63,347 nt of DNA, taken from Verrucomicrobiota bacterium (GTDB taxonomy: Bacteria > Bacteroidota > Bacteroidia > Chitinophagales > UBA8649). The DNA lies in contig JAFMKE010000001.1 in NCBI GenBank assembly GCA_017853115.1, forward strand, positions 1 to 63,347, read 5' to 3'. This document shows, in pieces, positions 56,247 through 63,347 of this stretch. How positions within the stretch are numbered: the first letter of the stretch is position 1; every line of letters begins with the position of its first letter. The notes under the pieces were generated by a model. That model had not been told where the DNA came from. It saw only the letters and a list, made by a program, of their open reading frames with translations, and searched no databases. The position numbers and the translations under genes were made by a program.

Positions 56247-57285
56247 GGAATCGGTTAATGTTTACTTCGTCATACAGCGCTTCATTGTATTCCATATGAT
56301 GAATTAAGTGTTGCGCAAAAAATGGACTTAAAGATAGCCCTTTTGTTCCCATGCCATTAAACACATACATATTCCGGTGCTTGGGGTGTTCTCCCAATAA
56401 AGGACGCCGGTCTTTAACCGTCGGACGAATACCGACTTTATGATCAATGATTTTAAATGTACATCGGACGCTCTCTTGAAATGCCTCCAAGATGTAATCT
56501 TTTTTCGCTTTTGTTGGGCTTTGTTCAAATGAACTCCAATCGTATGTTGCACCTACATAATAAATGTCCTTTCCCATTGGACTGATGTTAATTTTGCTGC
56601 TAAGGACTTGATGAATTTTTAAGTCCTCGGATTCAATAATCAGTGCCTCTCCTTTGGCAAAACGAATCGGTAAATAGTTGAAAAATGGATTAAAGCGCAT
56701 AAGATACCCTTCCGCAAAAACTACTTTAGTGGCTTTAATGTCTTGGTATTCGAAAAAGTCCTCGCGGATAAATAAGTCCTCGTGCTTAAATGCCTCTTGT
56801 CGTACTTCAGTATTGTCTTTTATGTATCTGCCAAGGGCGTCTAACAGGGTATTTATATTAATTTGAAGCACTGGAGCAATTTTTGCCTGACCTACTCCAG
56901 GATAGATGTTCTCGGCGCTGAATGTTTGGTATGCCCCCAAATATGGGGCGTATGCATCTTCATTGCTCCTGCTGTGAAAGTCATTCAGTTGCTCTTTACT
57001 GTGAATAATTTTGAGTATTTGGGAAGATCGAAAAAAATCATCGTTCAAGCTAATGTTGAGTTTCTCGTAATATGTTTGAGCAAAAGGAAGTAATTCATCA
57101 ATTTTCCATGATTTGACGAATCGTCTTCCCGTAACCGGATTAATTAATCCAGTAGCTTGTCGCGAAGCAGTATTCCCGTTGTCCAGGTCGACAACACCAA
57201 TCCGTTTTTGTTTTTGAATAAGTTGATGAGCAAGAATACTTCCGGCTAAACCTTGCCCAACAATTAGATAGTCTAACGTTTCCAT
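56236..57285 (-). CDS. FAD-dependent oxidoreductase (DAO family)
   Basis: N-terminal Rossmann 'YLIVGQGLAGSILA' and C-terminal 'GIRP...DRRPLLG...NGMGTKG'. It overlaps rluA by 11 nt. Confidence 0.8.
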   Translation of the reverse strand: METLDYLIVGQGLAGSILAHQLIQKQKRIGVVDLDNGNTASRQATGLINPVTGRRFVKSWKIDELLPFAQTYYEKLNISLNDDFFRSSQILKIIHSKEQLNDFHSRSNEDAYAPYLGAYQTFSAENIYPGVGQAKIAPVLQININTLLDALGRYIKDNTEVRQEAFKHEDLFIREDFFEYQDIKATKVVFAEGYLMRFNPFFNYLPIRFAKGEALIIESEDLKIHQVLSSKINISPMGKDIYYVGATYDWSSFEQSPTKAKKDYILEAFQESVRCTFKIIDHKVGIRPTVKDRRPLLGEHPKHRNMYVFNGMGTKGLSLSPFFAQHLIHHMEYNEALYDEVNINRFHEA

Positions 57286-57593
57286 TATCGAAAATGCTCA
57301 AGATTTGGTCTATTATCTTGGGGCTCTTCTTCTTCGTAGTCGTTTTGTGCTATTATCCGATTAAGCTGCTGAAACACGTAATAAGCACTTCCCAATGCTA
57401 GGAGTAATGCAGGGATAACAGCATATACAATATTTTCAAATCCAAAATAATTTAACACGACTAGGCCTACTAACAATTCCGAACTGACAAAGAGGAAGAT
57501 TAAGCGCAAAACCCAAAACCAAGGTTTTTCGTCATTACTTGCGGCTTTTTTATAAATTTTACTTGCTAAATATATGAGTATAAACACATCCAT
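57285..57593 (-). CDS. hypothetical small membrane protein
   Basis: 102 aa with three hydrophobic helices and an acidic C-terminal tail. Its stop overlaps the oxidoreductase start by 1 nt. Confidence 0.55.
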   Translation of the reverse strand: MDVFILIYLASKIYKKAASNDEKPWFWVLRLIFLFVSSELLVGLVVLNYFGFENIVYAVIPALLLALGSAYYVFQQLNRIIAQNDYEEEEPQDNRPNLEHFR

Positions 57594-57620
57594 GGTTACG
57601 GTTTGCTAATTCTTCAATTC

Positions 57621-58061
57621 TCATTTGGAAAAGGTGTAAGTGCAATAATTGGCTTGACCAGAGTTGTTTATCTGCACTTGAAATTGTAATTGCTCAAATC
57701 CTCCGGTATTAAAATAGTTGCCTTCTCCAACCACCGACAAGGCTGATCCTCCCAAGTTTTGCTGGGGTATCCTAAAATAGGATCCTTCACAGTCCACATA
57801 TGCCTTCATGGTTAGCCCGCTATTAATAAAATTCACAAAATCTAATTCATTTTCAGCACCATTTCCCGGGTTTACCGTGGCGAAAGTATAGCCAAATCCA
57901 AAACCTTGTTGACAAAACTCGCTGACTTGATAGTTTCCTACAAAATTCGATAAATCGTAGGACGTGCAGTTTTGTGGCGGTAATTGATCGCAATGGTTAA
58001 AAAGACTTAGGCCAAACACACTTAATATACTAATGATGGCAGAGCGAATTGATTTTCTCAT
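57621..58061 (-). CDS. hypothetical lipoprotein
   Basis: The ATG at 58061 gives 'MRKSIRSAIISILSVFGLSLFNHC' (lipobox-like). I recognise no family. The track ORF extends to 58148. Confidence 0.55.
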   Translation of the reverse strand: MRKSIRSAIISILSVFGLSLFNHCDQLPPQNCTSYDLSNFVGNYQVSEFCQQGFGFGYTFATVNPGNGAENELDFVNFINSGLTMKAYVDCEGSYFRIPQQNLGGSALSVVGEGNYFNTGGFEQLQFQVQINNSGQANYCTYTFSK

Positions 58062-58311
58062 ATATATTATTTGTACTAAATTAAAAAGTAATAGTTGACA
58101 TTCATTACTATGTTCACTATATGCAAAACTACGGAAGAAAGTTCGCATCCTTCGCAGTTAGCCTGGTTTTTCCTTTAAATTTGAACTTAGTTCATGAGTA
58201 GGTAAAACGCATCGAATTGTGAATTATAGCTTATATTGTGCCTACAAATTCTTCCGTAATACTGACAGTTCGGGGGAATAGAATGTATTAAACCTGAAGC
58301 AAATTGTTTGG

Positions 58312-59589
58312 ATGAAAATTGATGACTTACACAAGCTATTTTTAAGTTGCAACGGGGTTTGCACCGACACCCGTACATTGACGAATAATCAATTGTTTTT
58401 TGCATTGAAGGGTGGGAACTTTAATGGAAACGCTTATGCAAAACAAGCGATAGAAAAGGGAGCTTCTTACGCTATTATTGATGAAGCAGAGTATGAGATA
58501 AAAGATCGCACCATATTGGTAGATAATGTGCTTGCTTGCCTTCAGGAACTAGCTAAATTTCATCGTTTATACCTCAAAACGCCTATCATTGCAGTAACAG
58601 GAAGTAATGGTAAAACGACAACAAAGGAGTTGTTGCATAGGGTCTTGTTAAGTAAGTATAACTGTTATGCTACGAAAGGCAATCTGAATAATCATATTGG
58701 TGTGCCATTATCATTACTGGATTTGACTGAGGAACATGAAATGGCCGTAATTGAGATGGGGGCCAATCATCAAGGTGAGATAGCCTCTTATTGCACTTAT
58801 GCCTTGCCCGATTATGGTTTGATTACGAATGTAGGAAAAGCCCATCTGGAAGGTTTTGGAGGTATTGAAGGGGTTATTAAGGGCAAAACGGAGTTGTATC
58901 GATTTCTTGCTGAAAAGGATGGTCTCGTTTTTTATAATGCAGATGACGACGTCTTGACTGAAAAAAGTAAAGTTCTTGACAAGCGATTCAGCTATGGACA
59001 GTCTGCCAATGCCTCTTTTAACTACCAAGTGAGAGAAGCGGGCGAATTCGTAACAATTCAAATTGAAGATGTTTGGGTTCAAAGTCAATTGATTGGTTCT
59101 TATAATGCCGTGAATCTTGCCTCTGCGGCTGCCATTGGTCAATATTTTGATGTCCCCATTGCTTCTATTAAATACGCCCTGGAGAATTATCAGTCAACAA
59201 ACAACCGATCGCAATTAGTCACTTACGGTAAGAATCAAGTCATATTGGATGCGTATAATGCTAACCCTACAAGTATGCGAGCTGCGCTCGATGATTTTTT
59301 CAAGCATCCAGCTAAGAAGAAAGGAGTTTTTTTAGGAGATATGTATGAAGTAGGATTCTCTAGTGACGAAGAACATCAGTTGCTAGTTGAGGATTTGAGT
59401 CAGGCAGATATAGACTTCTATGTATTAGTCGGTGACCAATTTAATAAGCAAAATAACGGTCAAGGTTTGTTCTTTAGGACTACTGATCAAGCAAGACAGT
59501 GGTTCCAACTGCGCCATTTTGAGGAATACCTTATTCTAGTTAAGGGATCCCGGGCTATGCATATGGAGGATATTCTTAAACCCTTGTAA
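58312..59589 (+). CDS. murF: UDP-N-acetylmuramoyl-tripeptide--D-alanyl-D-alanine ligase
   Basis: 'DTRTL...LFFALKG..F.GN.YA' and the Mur ligase P-loop 'AVTGSNGKTTTKE'. Confidence 0.92.
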   Translation: MKIDDLHKLFLSCNGVCTDTRTLTNNQLFFALKGGNFNGNAYAKQAIEKGASYAIIDEAEYEIKDRTILVDNVLACLQELAKFHRLYLKTPIIAVTGSNGKTTTKELLHRVLLSKYNCYATKGNLNNHIGVPLSLLDLTEEHEMAVIEMGANHQGEIASYCTYALPDYGLITNVGKAHLEGFGGIEGVIKGKTELYRFLAEKDGLVFYNADDDVLTEKSKVLDKRFSYGQSANASFNYQVREAGEFVTIQIEDVWVQSQLIGSYNAVNLASAAAIGQYFDVPIASIKYALENYQSTNNRSQLVTYGKNQVILDAYNANPTSMRAALDDFFKHPAKKKGVFLGDMYEVGFSSDEEHQLLVEDLSQADIDFYVLVGDQFNKQNNGQGLFFRTTDQARQWFQLRHFEEYLILVKGSRAMHMEDILKPL

Positions 59590-59642
59590 AGAAAAAGGAC
59601 AAGTTTTACCTTGCCCTTCCTCTTTTGGTTTTATGCTTTGCT

Positions 59643-60272
59643 TTATTCTTTAATCCGTTTAATACTGCATCCTTTAGCAGGTGTCTCTTTTAAGGTAATC
59701 TCCTTACCCATGCCTAACTCATTTAGCGCATTTTGTAAATATCTTTCAGTAACCGCATTGGCATCTTTACTATTATCATCTATCGAACCGCTGTAAACCA
59801 ACTGGTTTTGCCCGTCAAACAAGAAAATGTGCGGAGTTGTTTTTGCGCCGAAGGCATTCGCCAATTTGGAATTCTCATCAAGCAAATAAGGCATGAAATA
59901 ATTCATTTCTTGTGCATGCTCAACCATCATATCAAATGAATCATCACCTTCTCTCTTCGCTTCGTTCGAATTGATTAGCGCGGTACCAATACCATAACGC
60001 TTAGCTAATCCTGCCACATCGTCGTATCTATCTTCCCACTGTATCACAAATGGGCAAGTATTACACGAAAAAATAACCAAGGTGCCATTATCTTGTTTCA
60101 CATCATTCAAAGTCATCGATGACTGGTCTACATTGAGCATTGAATAATCCATCATCGGCATTTCAGCACCTATAGCTAAGCTGGGGTATTTCTCTCCCTC
60201 ATCGGTTCTTAAAGTAAAAGCTGATAAAATGAGTAATGAAGCTGACAACAGCAGTAAACTTATCTTTTTCAT
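59643..60272 (-). CDS. thioredoxin-fold (TlpA/redoxin-like) secreted protein
   Basis: Signal peptide and the 'LVIFSCNTCPFV' CxxC motif. Confidence 0.75.
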   Translation of the reverse strand: MKKISLLLLSASLLILSAFTLRTDEGEKYPSLAIGAEMPMMDYSMLNVDQSSMTLNDVKQDNGTLVIFSCNTCPFVIQWEDRYDDVAGLAKRYGIGTALINSNEAKREGDDSFDMMVEHAQEMNYFMPYLLDENSKLANAFGAKTTPHIFLFDGQNQLVYSGSIDDNSKDANAVTERYLQNALNELGMGKEITLKETPAKGCSIKRIKE

Positions 60273-60371
60273 ATTTGTTGTTTTTAGATTAACAATTTAA
60301 AAAATGATTTTGTTTGCACTCTATGGATATATATGAGAGCCAAATAATCGAATGTAAAATACGCATATTGC

Positions 60372-63344
60372 ATGACAAAAGTCCTTATTTTGCATCAGGA
60401 TATGGGAGTTAAGGAAAGTTTAACAAAATTACAGAGTCGTTTATCTGGTGATTTATTCACTGACCATATGATGCGTGTAATGTACGCAACGGATGCCTCG
60501 GTCTATAGGGAGCTACCATTAGCTGTAGCCCTACCCAAAACTATTCAGGATATTCAGTACCTAATCCAATTTGCATCCGAACATCAACTGACTTTAATTC
60601 CCCGAGCAGCAGGGACCTCCTTAGCCGGGCAATGCGTCGGAAGTGGTATCGTGGTTGATGTGTCGAAGTATTTTACAAAAATCACAGGTTTTAACAAAGA
60701 AGAAGGCTGGGTCCGCGTTCAACCCGGCGTGATTCGAGATGAGTTAAATCTATTTTTAAAAGAACATGGGGTCTTTTTTGGTCCTGAAACATCAACGGCA
60801 AATCGTGCAATGATTGGTGGGATGGTTGGCAACAATTCAACGGGGACAAATTCAATAAAGTATGGAAATACGCGAGATCATGTTTTAGAATTAGAAGTGC
60901 TCTTGAGCGATGGTAGCTTGGTAAATATTGGGCCTACTGCATTAGAAGATCTTGAAAATATTCAAAAAGAAGATTCTTTACTTGCCAGGATTTACACTGA
61001 TCTAATCACAGCGTTAAACAATTCTGAGGTTCAAGAAGAGATACGCAAGGAGTTTCCGCATCCATCTATTCACCGCAGAAATACGGGGTATGCTGTGGAC
61101 GAGCTCCTAAAGTCCGAAGTATTCGGCATCGACAGGGAACCGTTTAATCTCTGTAAACTACTAGCGGGTTCTGAAGGTACTTTGGCCTTCATCACATCAA
61201 TAAAACTGAATGTAATTCCTTTACCTCCAGCTTCGGAGGTTCTCCTCTGTCCGCACTTTGAATCAGTTCATGAAGCCTTGCTCGCGGTGCAGCAAGTTAT
61301 GGCAATTGAGCCCTATGCTTGTGAATTGATGGATAAGTTGATTATGGACTGTACAAAAGAAAATCTCGAGTACAAAAAGTATCGTTTTTTTCTCTCTGGA
61401 GATCCTGGAGCATTGCTGATGATTTCATTACGAGCGGATAATGAAAATGAGTTAAAAGTACAAATTGAAAATGCCATTCAATTGCTACAAGACAAAACGG
61501 CAATGTATGATTGTCCTGTGATTTATCCGCCAAAAATAGCTGATGTCTGGAAGCTGAGAAAGGCGGGTTTGGGACTATTGGCTAATATTCCTGGCGATAG
61601 CAAAGCGGTGGCTGTTATTGAAGATACGGCTGTTCATATTGACGATTTAGCTGATTATATAAAGGAGTTTACAGCCATGATGGCAAAGCATGGTCAAAAG
61701 GCGGTGTATTATGCTCATGCTGGAGCGGGAGAATTACACCTTAGACCTATTCTTGACCTGAAAAAATCGAATGATGTAAAACTATTTCAGGAAATTGCCT
61801 GGGACACTGCTCGCTTGGTGAAGAAGTATAATGGTTCTTTGAGCGGTGAGCATGGCGATGGACGCGTGCGTGCAAGTTTTATTCCTTTTATGTTAGGAGA
61901 GAAAAATTATGCATTACTCAAAAAGCTAAAACAAACATTTGATCCTAAAGGTGTTTTCAATAAAGGTAAAATCATCGATGCACCTGCAATTGATCAGGAT
62001 TTACGCTATGAGTTAGACAAAGAAGAGCCTCAATTGGAGACCCTACTCAATTTTAAAGCAGAAGGCGGAATTTTGCGATTAGCAGAAAAATGTAATGGTT
62101 CCGGCGATTGCCGCAAAACCCATTTGAGCGGCGGAACGATGTGTCCGAGTTACATGGCTACAAAAAATGAAAAAGATACGACGCGAGCGAGAGCAAATAT
62201 TCTCAGGGAAATTTTAACACAATCCAATAATGACCGTGAACGTTGGTCATCCAAAGAAGTTAAAGATGCCTTGGATTTATGCTTGAGTTGTAAGGCCTGT
62301 AAAAGCGAATGTCCAAGTAATGTGGATATGGCAAGTTTAAAGGCTGAATTCACCTATCAATATCACAAAATTGAGGGTACGCCATTTCGCGCTAAACTAT
62401 TTGGACATGTTGAGCGACTAAACAGGCTTGGATCTTTATTTCCTCAATTCAGTAATTGGGTCAATAGCACTGGATTGATGAAAAGTTTAATGGGGCTTGC
62501 AGAGCAAAGAGAAGCTCCTGCACTAGCGAATCAAAGTTTGCGTAAGTGGTTCAATTCTCGACACAAAGAATCTAATGATTCTGCGCAAAAAATATATTTA
62601 TTTTTTGATGAGTTCACGAATTACTACGATGTAGAAGTGGGGAAGGCGGCCATTTTGATGCTCGAAGCCATAGGCTATCAGGTAGTTGAAGCACCAATAA
62701 GAGATAGTGGAAGAGCGTTTCTATCGAAAGGTATGTTAGCCGAAGCAAAGCACTTAGCTAAGAAGAATGTAAGGGCATTGTTCCCCTTGATTAGTGAGGA
62801 AACGCCTTTAATTGGTATAGAGCCCAGTGCAATTCTTTCTTTCCGAGATGAATATTTTCGCTTAATTGATGATCCGGCATTTAAAGAATCTCGGTTAGTG
62901 AAGCACGCATACACTATAGAGGAATTTTTGGTAAAAGAGTTTGAAGCTGGAAAGTTTGGTTCAGCGCTCTTTACCTCTTCACACAAACAAGTGGTTTTAC
63001 ACGGACATTGTCATCAGAAAGCGCTCAGTGAGGTGAGTTATTCCGCAAAATTAATGTCGATTCCGCAAAACTATCATGTAGAAACATTAAATACGGGTTG
63101 TTGTGGGATGGCGGGCAGTTTCGGTTATGAAAAAGAACATTATGATGTTTCTATGCAGGTGGGTGAGCTCGTGCTTTTCCCATCGGTTCGTCAATGTGAA
63201 TTTCAAACGATTGTAGCCGCTCCGGGCACCAGTTGTAGGCATCAAATTTATGATGGAACCAAGAGAAAAGCTCAGCATCCGATTGAAGTTTTGTACAATG
63301 CGTTAACTACTAAAAAGCATAATGATTGGGAGGAGGAATACTAA
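60372..63344 (+). CDS. FAD-linked oxidase fused to Fe-S/CCG domains (YdiJ-like 2-hydroxyacid dehydrogenase)
   Basis: 990 aa. The N-terminal FAD_binding_4 region contains 'PRAAGTSLAGQ'. Central 4Fe-4S motifs are 'CNGSGDCRK...CP' and 'CLSCKACKSECP'. C-terminal CCG-type repeats are 'HGHCHQK' and 'CCGMAGSFG'. Confidence 0.85.
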   Translation: MTKVLILHQDMGVKESLTKLQSRLSGDLFTDHMMRVMYATDASVYRELPLAVALPKTIQDIQYLIQFASEHQLTLIPRAAGTSLAGQCVGSGIVVDVSKYFTKITGFNKEEGWVRVQPGVIRDELNLFLKEHGVFFGPETSTANRAMIGGMVGNNSTGTNSIKYGNTRDHVLELEVLLSDGSLVNIGPTALEDLENIQKEDSLLARIYTDLITALNNSEVQEEIRKEFPHPSIHRRNTGYAVDELLKSEVFGIDREPFNLCKLLAGSEGTLAFITSIKLNVIPLPPASEVLLCPHFESVHEALLAVQQVMAIEPYACELMDKLIMDCTKENLEYKKYRFFLSGDPGALLMISLRADNENELKVQIENAIQLLQDKTAMYDCPVIYPPKIADVWKLRKAGLGLLANIPGDSKAVAVIEDTAVHIDDLADYIKEFTAMMAKHGQKAVYYAHAGAGELHLRPILDLKKSNDVKLFQEIAWDTARLVKKYNGSLSGEHGDGRVRASFIPFMLGEKNYALLKKLKQTFDPKGVFNKGKIIDAPAIDQDLRYELDKEEPQLETLLNFKAEGGILRLAEKCNGSGDCRKTHLSGGTMCPSYMATKNEKDTTRARANILREILTQSNNDRERWSSKEVKDALDLCLSCKACKSECPSNVDMASLKAEFTYQYHKIEGTPFRAKLFGHVERLNRLGSLFPQFSNWVNSTGLMKSLMGLAEQREAPALANQSLRKWFNSRHKESNDSAQKIYLFFDEFTNYYDVEVGKAAILMLEAIGYQVVEAPIRDSGRAFLSKGMLAEAKHLAKKNVRALFPLISEETPLIGIEPSAILSFRDEYFRLIDDPAFKESRLVKHAYTIEEFLVKEFEAGKFGSALFTSSHKQVVLHGHCHQKALSEVSYSAKLMSIPQNYHVETLNTGCCGMAGSFGYEKEHYDVSMQVGELVLFPSVRQCEFQTIVAAPGTSCRHQIYDGTKRKAQHPIEVLYNALTTKKHNDWEEEY

Positions 63345-63347
63345 GTT

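Noticed and set aside
58187-58405. 72-aa minus-strand ORF overlapping the murF start
   Set aside because: Cys/Ser-rich nonsense that overlaps the conserved murF N-terminus.
1-63347. CRISPR arrays, IS elements, integrases, prophage or defence-island genes, tRNA/rRNA
   Set aside because: There are no spaced direct repeats and no transposase, integrase or phage-like ORFs. The only 'GGTTCGA'-like strings (about 3930 and about 22100) lie inside the AraC and serS coding sequences and have no cloverleaf context.

Overview
This 63.3-kb window is AT-rich and very gene-dense. It holds about 62 protein-coding genes, including one (rpmH) that is too short for the ORF track. I found no rRNA, tRNA, CRISPR array, transposase, integrase or phage gene. 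It reads as core chromosome of a Bacteroidota bacterium, probably Flavobacteriia-like, though that assignment is only a guess. Support for the phylum: a protein with a T9SS C-terminal sorting domain, repeated TAnnTTTG -7 promoter boxes with no Shine-Dalgarno sequences, a Rho with a long N-terminal insertion, the ileS (type 2)-dksA-like-lspA arrangement, and bshA. Most genes are housekeeping:
- Replication, transcription and translation: dnaG, rho, ileS, serS, rpmH-rnpA, tsaB, tsaC, dusB, rluA.
- Nucleotide and cofactor metabolism: nrdBA, thiL, nadD, a pterin dehydratase.
- Envelope: murF, lspA, cdsA, psd, tonB, and a GT4-GT2-O-antigen-ligase cluster.
- Redox defence: a superoxide dismutase (SOD), msrB, bshA, a thioredoxin-fold protein.

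The accessory-looking modules are:
- a TetR-ABC-HlyD-TolC exporter operon;
- an ECF sigma factor with a small RsrA-like anti-sigma factor, next to a CxxCH lipoprotein/DUF4920 pair;
- an ArsR-hydroxylase-msrB-HAD block;
- a Tat-signal GH1 beta-glucosidase beside a membrane-anchored AraC regulator.

I did not find a convincing novel defence, toxin or mobile system. The most unusual observations are:
- the exporter's ABC protein keeps only Walker A and has lost the Q-loop, signature, Walker B and H-loop residues;
- two related perfect palindromes sit in front of the TetR gene;
- the conserved N-terminus of rnpA lies upstream of any canonical start codon;
- a 47-codon DUF885 C-terminal remnant survives as a gene fragment;
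- thiL and dusB have promoter boxes 4 nt from the ATG, which implies leaderless mRNAs;
- several convergent gene pairs abut or overlap with no terminator between them.

All domain calls come from reading motifs by eye. No database search was run.
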